Below the pieces are notes generated by a model, which ran no database searches, was not told where the DNA came from, and saw only the letters and a program-made list of their open reading frames with translations. A DNA stretch of 64,000 nt, from positions 297,038 to 361,037 of the forward strand of contig CBDETC010000002.1 in the NCBI GenBank assembly GCA_965242845.1, read 5' to 3'. Made by a program: the position numbers and the translations under genes. Below, one piece after another: positions 48,190 to 59,330 of this stretch. The first letter of the stretch is position 1, and the number at the start of each line of letters is the position of its first letter. The stretch comes from Balneolaceae bacterium (lineage in GTDB: Bacteria; Bacteroidota; Rhodothermia; Balneolales; Balneolaceae).

Positions 48190-49485
48190 TTATAGATCTT
48201 TAGAGAGATATTTTTGATCTCCTGAATATTGGGAATTCTTCATATATCCTAACAGTGCCCCAATTAATCCAAAAAGAAGTGAATTGTAACTTATTACATG
48301 CAAACCTCCAGTATATGTAACTGATAGTTTGAAAATGATTAGCATCATTAATGTTGAATACAAAAGTTTATCTTTGTCTTCAGTCAAATAATAGTTTCTT
48401 GATTTATAACATTGAAAGAAGGTATTAAATAAAAAGCCAAAATAGATTACGAATCCGAATATGCCCATACCATATAACACTCTGGCGTAGTCGGTATGTA
48501 AAGGTCTTCTCACTCCAGCGCCAGGTACCAATCCATAATCAGCATACATATCTTTACCTAAAAGACTATGTATTGGCTCTTCAAAAGACATTACAAGATC
48601 AAAAGCAACAGGGATTTCCCTAGTTCTTGCTTCTTGTTCGATTACTTCTGTAGAAAGTCCTCTATTTCTGGACTCAAATCTGGTAATGATATCACCAATA
48701 AAAAATGAAACCGAAATTCCACCGAATAATACTAACAATATTAAATATTTAAGCCCGGTACTTTTATTTCTATAGAAAAAAAGAAACACTAAATAGCCGA
48801 TGATCATTACCAAAATTGCTGTTCTTCTGCCCGAAGCAAATACAAACACTAGTGAAATAGAACATAAAAGAAGGAACAACCACTTTTTAGTATTATTTTT
48901 ATTGTAGAAAAAATATAGTGGTAAGAGAACAAAAACTAATGAGATCTGTAAAAGAAAATCACCTACAATATCTCCTGTATTGATAAGATCAACACCAGAT
49001 CTATTCCTATAAAGATTCCCCAAGTCAAAAATATTTGCTGCAAAAGTATATAATATATATATGAATAATATGATTGGGAATTTATCTACAATTTGTTTTA
49101 CTGAAATACCTTTACTTCTAAATAAATCATACATTAAAACCATGTAGATGACATAAGAAATTACTCTAAGGTGTACTCTTATTGTTTTCCCTAAATCATC
49201 TGAAAGAGGAATTATTAAAGTAGTATAAAAAACGAAAAGAACTGGAAAAACAGATACAATGTATATGCTAAAACCTCTTTTATATAAATAGTAGATAAAT
49301 ATTAAATATGTAATTGAAGCCCGTATTATTGCTGTTTCACCGACTGACTCATCCAAATATCCAACAACATCAAAAAAGACATTGAACACAATTAAATAAA
49401 TTAAAACTTGCTCCTTCTTGATGCTTACCAACGATAAAAAAGCCAAAATGGATGAAAATAAAAGTGAATAGATTACGAAGGTCAC
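48190..49485 (-). CDS. O-antigen polymerase / ligase-family membrane protein (Wzy-like)
   Basis: 431 aa, about 10-12 TM helices with one larger loop. Lies between glycosyltransferases. It is the only such protein in the locus. Confidence 0.55.
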   Translation of the reverse strand: MTFVIYSLLFSSILAFLSLVSIKKEQVLIYLIVFNVFFDVVGYLDESVGETAIIRASITYLIFIYYLYKRGFSIYIVSVFPVLFVFYTTLIIPLSDDLGKTIRVHLRVISYVIYMVLMYDLFRSKGISVKQIVDKFPIILFIYILYTFAANIFDLGNLYRNRSGVDLINTGDIVGDFLLQISLVFVLLPLYFFYNKNNTKKWLFLLLCSISLVFVFASGRRTAILVMIIGYLVFLFFYRNKSTGLKYLILLVLFGGISVSFFIGDIITRFESRNRGLSTEVIEQEARTREIPVAFDLVMSFEEPIHSLLGKDMYADYGLVPGAGVRRPLHTDYARVLYGMGIFGFVIYFGFLFNTFFQCYKSRNYYLTEDKDKLLYSTLMMLIIFKLSVTYTGGLHVISYNSLLFGLIGALLGYMKNSQYSGDQKYLSKDL

Positions 49486-50669
49486 TCCAAAAAACCCCCA
49501 TAAATCTTATCATATTCTTTATCTACATTAAATTCAGAAAATTTAGATACTGCCACTTTCCTAACCTGACTTTTTAGGAGGTCCAAATTACCTTGATTAA
49601 GAATATCAAGAATAAGATTTGAATAAGAATCAACTTTATCGCTATAACCTGTGCCTATATCACAACCTTCTAAGATATAATCTGATAAACCTTCAACCTC
49701 TCTGAGAATTGGAACCACTTCACTAGACATTGCTTCAAGTACCACATTCGGAAGGCCTTCACTTTCACTTGGGAATAAAAGAAAATCCGAAATGGATAAA
49801 TAAGTATGAACATCTTCTATTACACCGAGCAATGAAATCACATCTTGCATTTCATACTCTGCAATTTTCTTTTTGAAGAAATCGTGCAGTTCGGCTTCCA
49901 GTATATTTGACGGGTTATTTCCAATTATCAAACATTTAAAATCCAGATTTGCCTCTTTTAATTTTAACAAAATATCGGGTATTAAATGAGCTCCTTTTCT
50001 ATGTATAAGGCTTCCCACAAAAGTTAAGATATACTTATTCTCAAAACTAAATTTCTTTTTTGCGATCTCTTTATCATTGTATATTAATGGCTTGAATTTT
50101 TCGCTATTCACAGATCTCGGTATTAATACGAGTTTAGATTCATTTATCCCACCCTTAATTGCATCATTATATAGTTGTGGGGAAAGGCAAACTATTTGAT
50201 CTGCTAATCGATATACAATTTTCCTTCTTAACCGGCTAATATTAAATATTTCACCCATTCCTAGTGTAGGATTATCCCCTCCCATTCTAGTTAATTCTAC
50301 TATAATTTTTCCTTTAAAAATTAGCTTAATAATAATTGTAGAAATACTTGAATCCCACGTTGAAGAAAATGCATGATAAATGTCAGCTCTTTGATTTTTA
50401 GATAGCAAGAACAATATGTTTATGAATTTAAATATTATTGAAATTGTTCTTGTATATTTATTAGAATAAAATAAATCATTTATTCTTAGTATTTTATCAT
50501 CTTTTATAATAAAATCTTCGGCAAGTTTATCTTCAGTTGCAGTTAGAATATTGACACGATGTTGCCTTTTTTCAGCACGTACGGCAATCTTAACACACGC
50601 TCTTCCCGCACCTGAATAATCTGGCGGAATATGTCTACTAATAAATAGAATTTTTGTTTTCTTGCTCAC
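49482..50669 (-). CDS. glycosyltransferase family 4
   Basis: E-x7-E block ESEGLPNVVLEAMSSEVVPI. The N-terminal half is a GT-B domain. Confidence 0.75.
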   Translation of the reverse strand: MSKKTKILFISRHIPPDYSGAGRACVKIAVRAEKRQHRVNILTATEDKLAEDFIIKDDKILRINDLFYSNKYTRTISIIFKFINILFLLSKNQRADIYHAFSSTWDSSISTIIIKLIFKGKIIVELTRMGGDNPTLGMGEIFNISRLRRKIVYRLADQIVCLSPQLYNDAIKGGINESKLVLIPRSVNSEKFKPLIYNDKEIAKKKFSFENKYILTFVGSLIHRKGAHLIPDILLKLKEANLDFKCLIIGNNPSNILEAELHDFFKKKIAEYEMQDVISLLGVIEDVHTYLSISDFLLFPSESEGLPNVVLEAMSSEVVPILREVEGLSDYILEGCDIGTGYSDKVDSYSNLILDILNQGNLDLLKSQVRKVAVSKFSEFNVDKEYDKIYGGFLE

Positions 50670-51690
50670 TTTTATAAACTTCTAAAAACTTTTTTGTTAT
50701 CGCTTCCACGTTGTGATATTTATAAACGTAATTTTGAGATTTACGCTTTTTATCATCTAGCTCATCTTCTGATAATTCAATGAGCTCCGAAAGCTTATCG
50801 GCAATTTGTTGAGCATCCGGAATTATATTTATAACCGGGCAATTAGTAGTTTGAAGATAATCCATGGCTACCTCCTCACTACCGCTCAAAACTATCACCC
50901 CATATTGCATTGAAAAAATAGCGTTCATTCCGTACGAATAGGATAAGCACTGGTCTATGAGTATATCAGTATCTTTTAATAATTCAATGTATTCCTTGAA
51001 AGGCATTCGCTTAACGATCTGAACCTGGACTCGGTTTTCATATTTTTCAGAAATGTTTTGTAGTGCTTCATAAATGTAAGAGGCTCCTTTAAAGTCTTCT
51101 CTTGTAACACCAAAAAGTATCTTAATCTGTGTATCTGTTATCTTAATTTTTCTTTTTTTTGTCAGGGACCCAGGCAAGGGGATGGGTTCAGCTATATTAT
51201 CATAAAACTTATACCCTAAGTAATAGCTATAAGCTGAAGGTACAATTTTATCCATTTTTTCTATGAAGTAAGAATGTAATTTCTTTCTGTACCAAGGAAA
51301 TTCTGTATTTATTAGCGGAAAATACTCTAGTTCTTTACCAGCCTTAATATAGTTTGGATCAGTACCACACGCATAAAGAATCTTCTTCCTGTTTAGCAAT
51401 AGGATAATCTGAGGTATACCAAATAAATAATAATAAGGAGGAAATACTGATGAGTTAATGAATTGAACTACATCAAACCTGGTTAACCTTGGAAGTAGAG
51501 TAAATAAATAAAAACAGTTAACTATTTTATACCATTTATTATGTGGAACAATTTTTGAGCGAATGTCATAATTCAAGCTTTTGAATGAATCGCCATCTGC
51601 AAATATTGTTACCGAATAACCTTGCTGAATCAACTCTTTTTTTAAATTATTATGAACCCCACTGAATTCCCCAAACAATAGTATTTTCAT
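50638..51690 (-). CDS. putative glycosyltransferase (GT-B-like), family not recognised
   Basis: 350 aa. The N-terminus MKILLFGEFSGVHNNLKKEL is Rossmann-like. The call rests on context only. Overlaps the downstream gene by 32 nt. Confidence 0.35.
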   Translation of the reverse strand: MKILLFGEFSGVHNNLKKELIQQGYSVTIFADGDSFKSLNYDIRSKIVPHNKWYKIVNCFYLFTLLPRLTRFDVVQFINSSVFPPYYYLFGIPQIILLLNRKKILYACGTDPNYIKAGKELEYFPLINTEFPWYRKKLHSYFIEKMDKIVPSAYSYYLGYKFYDNIAEPIPLPGSLTKKRKIKITDTQIKILFGVTREDFKGASYIYEALQNISEKYENRVQVQIVKRMPFKEYIELLKDTDILIDQCLSYSYGMNAIFSMQYGVIVLSGSEEVAMDYLQTTNCPVINIIPDAQQIADKLSELIELSEDELDDKKRKSQNYVYKYHNVEAITKKFLEVYKSEQENKNSIY

Positions 51691-52967
51691 TTTTTCAGAT
51701 AATTTCTAAGTAAGTAAATGAGAAGTATAAAATGGAATATAAATCGAATTGCATGCGTCCAAACTACTCCTTCTAATCCCATTTGATCTATTAAGAAAAT
51801 ACTCAAGAAATAATTTACCAATGCTGTATATATCTGCATCCCAATAAACATCATTGTTTTGGCTTTCGCTAACATTATATAACCGATAAGCCACGCCATT
51901 ACTCGAAAAAAATCTCCAATTAACTGAGGCAAAAATAGCTTCTCCATTTGAAGAAACTCGGATGAATAAAGAATGACGATTACAAACTCTCGGGTGAAAT
52001 ACATAACCACTAAAACAATCATCAATACTGGAGCTATCATTTTATAACCATCAAATAACTCTTTTCTTACTAAAGCCTTTTCTTTCAAAGAAGATAACTT
52101 AGGAAGATAATAGATCGAAAGTGTTGCTGTTATTAAGCCCATATAAGACTTTGAAATCTTCCATAAACCATCCCAATAACCAGCTTCATCAATAGATAAA
52201 TTTTCTGAAATATGACTTCTTATGCCAATTTGTACCAATGGAGGAATAACCATTGAACTAATAGCCATAAGAGTATACTTAGAAAGTTTTATAGCATATT
52301 CCTTTTCAATTTTCTTGTTGAAAAGTTTTTTGTGAAACCAGTCTGATTTCAGAACAAAAGCCAAAGAAAGAAAAAAAACAACAGACTGGGAAAGTGCCAG
52401 CGACAACAATGCTCCGAAAACCCCATAGAAATAGGCAAGTGTAACAGTTAAAATCAGTCCCGTGAGGTTTGTTGAAATTTTAACTGCTACCAGTTTTTTT
52501 ATTTCACCATTCCCATTTAAAATGCTTACTAATAGGGTATTTAATCCAAATAAAACTACCGTGCCACCAAATACTTTAAGTACAATATTATACTCCAAAG
52601 TATTAAAAAGACTATTACTCAGGTATTTTGAGAAAAAGAATGTAGCGGCTCCAATAAGCAATGTAGAAATGAGAGTAATTCTAAGCGAAGTTGATAACAC
52701 CCTCGTTTTCTCAGTCAAATTATCCCTTACTTCTGCAACATATTTCACTACCCCTTGTTGAATCCCCCCCGTAGCAATAGAAGTACTAATGCTTATAAAG
52801 TTCTGGAATTGACTTATCATAGCAATTCCACTGGGACCAACTAGCAGTGCGATTATTTTATTTAATACTAACCCCGATATAAGACCTATTGAAGTGCCGA
52901 TACCCGTATAAAAACTAGTATTGACCATTTCATTTCTCTTAACTTTTTTATAAAGCCTACTGATCAA
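51687..52967 (-). CDS. O-antigen translocase (WzxE-like flippase), copy 1
   Basis: 426 aa, about 12 TM helices. The block LLVGPSGIAMISQFQNFISISTSIATGGIQQGVVKYVAE parallels E. coli WzxE (FGPAGLGLAANFRQLITVLGVLAGAGIFNGVTKYVAQ, from memory). Confidence 0.75.
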   Translation of the reverse strand: MISRLYKKVKRNEMVNTSFYTGIGTSIGLISGLVLNKIIALLVGPSGIAMISQFQNFISISTSIATGGIQQGVVKYVAEVRDNLTEKTRVLSTSLRITLISTLLIGAATFFFSKYLSNSLFNTLEYNIVLKVFGGTVVLFGLNTLLVSILNGNGEIKKLVAVKISTNLTGLILTVTLAYFYGVFGALLSLALSQSVVFFLSLAFVLKSDWFHKKLFNKKIEKEYAIKLSKYTLMAISSMVIPPLVQIGIRSHISENLSIDEAGYWDGLWKISKSYMGLITATLSIYYLPKLSSLKEKALVRKELFDGYKMIAPVLMIVLVVMYFTREFVIVILYSSEFLQMEKLFLPQLIGDFFRVMAWLIGYIMLAKAKTMMFIGMQIYTALVNYFLSIFLIDQMGLEGVVWTHAIRFIFHFILLIYLLRNYLKK

Positions 52968-53863
52968 TATTTTTTCTTTAAAAGTTCATTTGCTGTTTCC
53001 CAACCATCAAGTTCATAACCTAATTCTTGAAAAAGCTGAATATCTTCTTCTAAGTATTCAACAAGAAATGAAAGATCCGTCTCTACAAGTTTGATATTCT
53101 TTTTAATCGGATTTTTTATTTTTTGAGATCTATGTCTTCGCCCTAAAAAGTAACTAACCTCCAATCTAATCAAGCTCTTTAACTTATTGAAGTATTCTAG
53201 TAACGATGTAGAGCTTTCTTTTTTTGAAACATTTCTGCTTGTTTTGTTTTTGTGATCTGCAGCAATGGTTGCAAAATTATTTAATCCCAAAAATTGAGCA
53301 ATAATGTTTCTTTGATTATCCCAGTCATCAAATAACTGTTCAAATTTTAATACCAGAACTTTTTCTAGTCCAAATTCACTTATAATTTTTTTTAAGTACT
53401 TACCGTATTTAGAAGCTTCTATATAGGTTTTGTAATTACCATTATAGTGTAAACTTGGATCATGCATACCGAGACCATTTTTTAAAATTTCATCTTTAAA
53501 AGGTTCTTTAACTAAATTTAAGGATACCATCCAATTGTAATGGGAAACCACTCTTTCAAATGGGTCTCTACATATGACAATAAATTTAGCATTAGGTGTA
53601 TCCCTTTTTATTCGTTCTATAGCCTTTGGATAAACCGAGTATGCAGTCGATGAATCTAGAACATATTTTTTATTTTGTTCAGGTACACCAAATATTTTAT
53701 TAATAAATAAATCTCTATGCTTGTAAAGATGATTTTTCGCATAAATTTGAGGTTCTTTATTGATACCAACATGAATCTGAGAATGCTGAGATAACATTGC
53801 ATGTAATGAGCTTGTACCACATTTAGGGAAACCTGCTATAAACAAATTTGGCTTATAGTTCAT
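52964..53863 (-). CDS. PAPS-dependent sulfotransferase
   Basis: 5'-phosphosulfate-binding loop [10 protein letters not shown] and 3'-phosphate-binding block [13 protein letters not shown]. Confidence 0.75.
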   Translation of the reverse strand: MNYKPNLFIAGFPKCGTSSLHAMLSQHSQIHVGINKEPQIYAKNHLYKHRDLFINKIFGVPEQNKKYVLDSSTAYSVYPKAIERIKRDTPNAKFIVICRDPFERVVSHYNWMVSLNLVKEPFKDEILKNGLGMHDPSLHYNGNYKTYIEASKYGKYLKKIISEFGLEKVLVLKFEQLFDDWDNQRNIIAQFLGLNNFATIAADHKNKTSRNVSKKESSTSLLEYFNKLKSLIRLEVSYFLGRRHRSQKIKNPIKKNIKLVETDLSFLVEYLEEDIQLFQELGYELDGWETANELLKKKY

Positions 53864-54966
53864 AGTCTATATTGATTAACTGATCCAATTACATAATCAA
53901 CCTCAACATCTTCCATCACGGGGCTTATTGGTAAACTAACAACCTCTCTATGGAGTTTTTCTGTTATTGGAACATTGTAATTGTGCAACTCAGGGTATCC
54001 GTCTTGCTTATTTGGAGGAATAGGGTAATGAATTAAAGTTCCTATCCCCTTATCGGCCAGAAATTCCATAAAATTTTCACGATCCTTGACTCGTAAAACG
54101 AATAAATGCCATACATGACCTCTTTCGTTAACTACATTTGGGAGTATGACATGATCATTATTAATTCCAGAAAGATACCTTTTAGCTACCGCCCTGCGCT
54201 GTTCTATTTCATTATCCAAAAATTTAAGTTTCACTCTTAAAACCGCAGCCTGGATCTCATCTAAACGACTGTTATACCCTCTATACTTATTGTGGTATTT
54301 TTTCTCACTTCCATAATTTCTAAGAGCTGAACATACTTCTATTAATCCATCATCATTTGAACAAATTGCTCCTGCGTCTCCTAAAGCACCTAAATTCTTA
54401 CCTGGATAAAAACTAAACCCAGATGCATCACCTAAAGCTCCGGTTTTTATATTATTAAAGTACGCTCCATGTGATTGAGCGCAATCTTCAAGTAGTTTTA
54501 AGCTATATTTTTTACATAGTTCGCCAATTCTTTCTTCATAAGCATTTTGCCCATACAAATGAACAATCATAATCGCTTTGGTTTTCGTCGATATATGTTT
54601 TTCTATCTCGTTTTCATCAATATTATAAGACGATATATCCGGTTCAATTAGAATTGGTGTAAGGTCACAATCTAAAATAGCCAAAATAGTGGCTATATAT
54701 GTATTAGCAGGCACGATGATTTCATCTCCAGCTTCCATGAATCCCATTTCCATGTAAGCCTTCAGAATAATCTTTAGAGCATCAAGTCCATTACCAACGC
54801 CAAGAGTGTGTTTTACTCCAACATATTCTGAAAATTCCTCTTCAAATTCCTTTAATTCGTTTCCCAATAGATACCATCCAGAACATACAACCCTATTGAC
54901 TGCCTTTTCAAGCTCGTCGAGATATGGACTGTTAATATCTTTAAGACTTAAAAATGGGACCTTCAT
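53860..54966 (-). CDS. DegT/DnrJ/EryC1 aminotransferase (FdtB/QdtB-like dTDP-3-keto-6-deoxyhexose aminotransferase)
   Basis: Blocks [17 protein letters not shown] and [16 protein letters not shown]. Specificity is inferred from the neighbouring FdtA- and FdtC-like genes. Confidence 0.7.
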   Translation of the reverse strand: MKVPFLSLKDINSPYLDELEKAVNRVVCSGWYLLGNELKEFEEEFSEYVGVKHTLGVGNGLDALKIILKAYMEMGFMEAGDEIIVPANTYIATILAILDCDLTPILIEPDISSYNIDENEIEKHISTKTKAIMIVHLYGQNAYEERIGELCKKYSLKLLEDCAQSHGAYFNNIKTGALGDASGFSFYPGKNLGALGDAGAICSNDDGLIEVCSALRNYGSEKKYHNKYRGYNSRLDEIQAAVLRVKLKFLDNEIEQRRAVAKRYLSGINNDHVILPNVVNERGHVWHLFVLRVKDRENFMEFLADKGIGTLIHYPIPPNKQDGYPELHNYNVPITEKLHREVVSLPISPVMEDVEVDYVIGSVNQYRL

Positions 54967-55514
54967 ACTTTATTGATTTTATTATTTTTTGATATCCAAA
55001 TTTCTCCATTTTTATCTCTCCATTTATTTTTCTCTAATTTTTCCATTTTGCTACCATCATCATTTAACCATGAAATGATTTTTGCAGGAGATCCAATTAC
55101 AAGTGCCCGTTCTGGTATCGATTTTGTAACCAACGAGCCAGCACCTACTAAAGAAAATTTTCCGATACTGATTCCACCGAGAATAATTGCGCCAGCACCA
55201 ATTGAAGCTTTACTCTTAATAACCGTTCTTTGAAATTCTTCAGGGTACTGTTTACTTCTAGGAACCTTATCATTAGTGAATGTAACATTAGGCCCAATGA
55301 ATACATCGTCTTCAATGGTAATACCATCCCAAATTTGTACTCCTGGCTTGATTGTAACATTATTACCGATTGTGACATCATTCTCAATAAAGACATGACA
55401 ATTTATATTACAGCTATTTCCGATTTTTGCTCCTTTCAGAATTATTGAATATTGCCAAACACTTGTGTCACTACCAATAAACTCTGTTTGTACTTCAGCC
55501 GAATTATGAATCAT
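54963..55514 (-). CDS. hexapeptide-repeat acetyltransferase (FdtC/QdtC-like)
   Basis: 183 aa with left-handed beta-helix repeats ([52 protein letters not shown]). Confidence 0.7.
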   Translation of the reverse strand: MIHNSAEVQTEFIGSDTSVWQYSIILKGAKIGNSCNINCHVFIENDVTIGNNVTIKPGVQIWDGITIEDDVFIGPNVTFTNDKVPRSKQYPEEFQRTVIKSKASIGAGAIILGGISIGKFSLVGAGSLVTKSIPERALVIGSPAKIISWLNDDGSKMEKLEKNKWRDKNGEIWISKNNKINKV

Positions 55515-55920
55515 TTGTATTTAGTTCTAAATATTCAGAATAATTGCGGATGTAATCATTTTCATCATATTGATGTGATGCAAGAACAAGACAAATTGAT
55601 CCGGATGAAAAGTTTATTTCAGAAGCCCAAATACCAGGAGGAATATGTAACCCCAGATACGGTCTGTTTAATTGAACAATTCTCTTTACTCTTGAGTCAT
55701 CTAAAAGCACTTCAAAAGCTCCACTTGCAGCAATCAAAAGCTGGTGGCATTCTTTGTGGGAATGTGCACCCCTAGACTCCCCACCAGGGATATCGTACAG
55801 ATAGAAAACCCTTTTTACATCAAATGGTAGTAAGCCATCGTTATTAATGGAGGTAATGCTCCCGCTCATACCATCAATCTTAGGTAAGGTGACCAGTGAG
55901 CAATCAAATACTGAGGTCAT
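55504..55920 (-). CDS. FdtA/QdtA/WxcM-like cupin (sugar 3,4-ketoisomerase), paralogue B
   Basis: 138 aa. Blocks FDVKRVFYLYDIPGGESRGAHSHKECHQLLIAASGAF and YDENDYI. Confidence 0.7.
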   Translation of the reverse strand: MTSVFDCSLVTLPKIDGMSGSITSINNDGLLPFDVKRVFYLYDIPGGESRGAHSHKECHQLLIAASGAFEVLLDDSRVKRIVQLNRPYLGLHIPPGIWASEINFSSGSICLVLASHQYDENDYIRNYSEYLELNTNDS

Positions 55921-56327
55921 TCCAAATACTCCTTAAAAAAATCAAAATCACTTATATAATCACTCTCATTGAATTCATGACTAGAGGCATGCAATGATAA
56001 AGCGTTTGTAGAATAGTTTTCTAAATGTCGCCATGTTTTTGCAGGCACATAAAGACCATAATAGGATCTATTCAAATTAAATTTTTCTTCTTTAGCATCT
56101 GGATGAGTTATTATAACATCAAAAGATCCACTTAAAGCAATAATAAACTCATCCTGGCTATGATAAGCATGCCCACCTCTTGTCTGACCACCTGGCACAT
56201 CGTATGTCCAGAATACTCTTTTTATTTCAAATGGAAGTTGGATATAATTTTCAAAGAAGGTAAGGTTCCCTCGAGGATCAAATATTTTTGGCAACTCAAT
56301 TATTTGAACTTTGTTATCCATTTTCAA
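55917..56327 (-). CDS. FdtA/QdtA/WxcM-like cupin (sugar 3,4-ketoisomerase), paralogue A
   Basis: 136 aa. Blocks [37 protein letters not shown] and FNESDYI. ATGA overlap with paralogue B. Confidence 0.7.
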   Translation of the reverse strand: MKMDNKVQIIELPKIFDPRGNLTFFENYIQLPFEIKRVFWTYDVPGGQTRGGHAYHSQDEFIIALSGSFDVIITHPDAKEEKFNLNRSYYGLYVPAKTWRHLENYSTNALSLHASSHEFNESDYISDFDFFKEYLE

Positions 56328-57183
56328 CTAACTTTCTTAAATATTTTCCATAACCATTCTTTCGCAATTCATCCGCTTTTTTCAACATTTCTTTTTCACC
56401 AATCCAACCCTCTCTCCAAGCAATTTCCTCTAAACAAGCAATTTTATAGCCTTGTCTTCTTTCAATAATTTCAACAAACTGTGCAGCTTCCATCATCGCA
56501 TCATGAGTACCTGTGTCAAGCCATGCGTATCCACGGCCCAAAACTTCTACATTCAGACAATCCAGTTCTAAATAAGCTTGATTTACTGATGTGATTTCTA
56601 ATTCACCTCTGGCTGAAGGTTTAATATTTTTAGCTATATCAACTACTTTATTATCATAAATATATAGACCTGTTACTGCGATATTACTTTTTGGTGTTAC
56701 TGGTTTTTCTTCAATGGACAATGCTTTATTTGCTTCATCGATTTCTACAACACCAAACCGTTCAGGGTCTGCAACATTGTAGCCAAATACCGTAGCGCCT
56801 GATAAGTCATGGACCGCCTGTTTCATTTTTCTTCCGAAGCCAGGACCATAAAATATATTATCACCTAAGATTAACGTCACATTATCTTCTTCAATAAAAC
56901 CTTCCCCGATAATAAACGCTTGAGCTAGTCCGTCCGGACTTGGCTGTACGGCATATTTTAGTGAAATACCCCAATCGGAACCATCACCTAAAAGTCTTTT
57001 AAAACTATCCGAATCTTCTGGAGTTGTGATGATTAACACCTCTTTAATCCCGGCAAGCATAAGAATCGATAAAGGATAGTAGATCATAGGCTTATCATAT
57101 ACCGGCATTAATTGTTTGCTAATAGCCTTTGTTACCGGATACAACCTTGTTCCACTTCCACCAGCAAGAATAATTCCTTTCAT
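56314..57183 (-). CDS. rfbA: glucose-1-phosphate thymidylyltransferase
   Basis: [39 protein letters not shown] is the canonical RmlA N-terminus. 289 aa. Confidence 0.9.
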   Translation of the reverse strand: MKGIILAGGSGTRLYPVTKAISKQLMPVYDKPMIYYPLSILMLAGIKEVLIITTPEDSDSFKRLLGDGSDWGISLKYAVQPSPDGLAQAFIIGEGFIEEDNVTLILGDNIFYGPGFGRKMKQAVHDLSGATVFGYNVADPERFGVVEIDEANKALSIEEKPVTPKSNIAVTGLYIYDNKVVDIAKNIKPSARGELEITSVNQAYLELDCLNVEVLGRGYAWLDTGTHDAMMEAAQFVEIIERRQGYKIACLEEIAWREGWIGEKEMLKKADELRKNGYGKYLRKLVENG

Positions 57184-58235
57184 ATCAGAGCTTTTATACC
57201 TAATCGTTCTAAATTATAATTTTCTTCTGTTACTGCTTCAACCCATTCCATATTTTTGAGATACCATTTAACTGTAGCCTTAATTCCAGATTCAAAAGTC
57301 TCTTTAGGTTTCCACCCTAACTCCCTTTCAATTTTAGAAGCGTCAATTGCATATCTAAAATCATGGCCTGGTCTATCTGTTACAAAAGAGATTTGTTCCC
57401 GATACTTGGTTTTTTTGGGAACTAATTCATTCAAAGTGTCGCAGATTGTATTAACCACATCAATATTTCGTTTCTCGTTATGCCCTCCAATATTATATGT
57501 CTCACCTGGCAAACCAGTTTGTATCACTTTTATTAAGGCTCTTGTATGGTCATCAACATATAACCAATCTCTTATATTTTTCCCATCTCCGTAAACTGGA
57601 ATATCCTTTCCTTGAAGTGCTTTTAGAATAACAACAGGAATTAGTTTTTCTGGAAACTGATATGGGCCGTAATTGTTTGAGCAATTAGTAATTATCGTTG
57701 GCAGCTTGTAAGTATGGTACCATGCCCTAACTAAATGATCTGAAGCTGCTTTACTTGAAGAGTATGGGGAACGAGGATCATAAGAAGTATTTTCAGTAAA
57801 AAAACCAGTATCCCCTAACGTACCATACACTTCATCGGTAGAAACATGCAAAAATCGAAATCTATCTTTTTTTTCTTTTCTCAAAGATTTCCAGTAAGAA
57901 AGTGCCTCTTCTAAAAGAGTATGCGTTCCCACAACATTTGTTTGTATAAATTCAGCAGAACCATCAATCGATCTGTCTACATGAGATTCTGCAGCTAAAT
58001 GGTAAACAAAATCAGGTTTATGCTTTCGGAATACTTCTGCAATTGCTTTTTTATCACAAATATCAATTTGTTCAAAAAAATAATTAGGCAAAGAACTTAC
58101 TGTTTTCAAAGATTCTAAATGACCAGCATAAGTAAGCTTGTCAATATTGACTACTGTATTTCTTTTATCCTCAACCAGTAATCGGACAAGAGAAGAACCA
58201 ATAAAACCCGCCCCCCCTGTAACTACAATTTTCAT
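57180..58235 (-). CDS. rfbB: dTDP-glucose 4,6-dehydratase
   Basis: [34 protein letters not shown] and [12 protein letters not shown] blocks. 351 aa. Confidence 0.9.
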   Translation of the reverse strand: MKIVVTGGAGFIGSSLVRLLVEDKRNTVVNIDKLTYAGHLESLKTVSSLPNYFFEQIDICDKKAIAEVFRKHKPDFVYHLAAESHVDRSIDGSAEFIQTNVVGTHTLLEEALSYWKSLRKEKKDRFRFLHVSTDEVYGTLGDTGFFTENTSYDPRSPYSSSKAASDHLVRAWYHTYKLPTIITNCSNNYGPYQFPEKLIPVVILKALQGKDIPVYGDGKNIRDWLYVDDHTRALIKVIQTGLPGETYNIGGHNEKRNIDVVNTICDTLNELVPKKTKYREQISFVTDRPGHDFRYAIDASKIERELGWKPKETFESGIKATVKWYLKNMEWVEAVTEENYNLERLGIKALI

Positions 58236-58242
58236 TTTACAA

Positions 58243-59196
58243 CTATTTTTTTTGGTTTTGAAGATGCCATTCCCAAAATTTTTCCAGCCCTTTTTCTAAG
58301 GAATATTTCGGATTATAATCTAACAGTTTTTCAGCTTTTAGAATATCAGCCCAGGTTTGTTTTACATCACCAGGTTGTTCTTCAGCAAAGATTTTTTTTG
58401 CTGTTATTTGAATAGTTTTCTCAATTTCATTGACTAACTCGTTCAATTTAATTGTTTTATTATTCCCCAGGTTAATGATCTCAAACTGTGAATCTTTGTA
58501 TTCGATTGCAGAAACTATCCCATCAACAATATCTGCTACGTAAGTATAATCCCTTCTTGTAGTACCATCGCCGAAGAGTGTTATTTCTTCTCCATTTTTA
58601 ATCAAACTAAAAAATTTATTAATTGCTAAATCCGGTCTTTGCCTTGGACCATAAACAGTAAAAAATCTGAGAGCTAAGAACTGTATGCCAAACAAATGAC
58701 TATATACATGTCCCATCAATTCGCCACTTACTTTCGTACTTGCATATGGACTAATTGGCTCCAAAACATGGTCACTTTCGGACCATGGAACATTTTTATT
58801 TTTTCCATAAACACTACTTGAAGAAGCAAAAATGAATTTACGTATTTTTTTTTGACGCGCGATTTCCAAGAGGTTTTGAGTTCCTGAAACATTTACATCC
58901 TGATACTCAATTGGATTTTCCAATGAAGGCCTTACACCTGCTTTGGCCGCTAAATGAATAATAATCTCAACATCTTCAGAAAAGAAACTAGAAATATTCT
59001 TATCCCTAATATCGGATTCTATCAATTGGTATTTATTCCCATATTTAAAATGCCCTTTTATATTGCTCTCTTTGATTTTGCGTAAATAGTAGGCATCAAA
59101 GTTGTCAATATTAATAATAGAATGACCCTTTTTTAGCAACTCATCGATCAAATGAGAGCCAATAAATCCCGCCCCACCGGTAACTACAATTTTCAT
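58243..59196 (-). CDS. SDR-family NAD-dependent epimerase/dehydratase (UDP-glucuronate 4-epimerase-like)
   Basis: [23 protein letters not shown] (YxxxK) and [18 protein letters not shown]. The exact substrate cannot be determined from the sequence. Confidence 0.6.
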   Translation of the reverse strand: MKIVVTGGAGFIGSHLIDELLKKGHSIINIDNFDAYYLRKIKESNIKGHFKYGNKYQLIESDIRDKNISSFFSEDVEIIIHLAAKAGVRPSLENPIEYQDVNVSGTQNLLEIARQKKIRKFIFASSSSVYGKNKNVPWSESDHVLEPISPYASTKVSGELMGHVYSHLFGIQFLALRFFTVYGPRQRPDLAINKFFSLIKNGEEITLFGDGTTRRDYTYVADIVDGIVSAIEYKDSQFEIINLGNNKTIKLNELVNEIEKTIQITAKKIFAEEQPGDVKQTWADILKAEKLLDYNPKYSLEKGLEKFWEWHLQNQKK

Positions 59197-59330
59197 AATT
59201 ATTTGAATTTATAATTCCCGTACCTAAAGTTTTTTGTTAATGAATAGTGATTCGTAAGTATGTAATCATCTGCATAAAAGAAGAATTATGAACCATGTTA
59301 CTTAAAAGGAAGTACCTTTTCGAACAAAAC

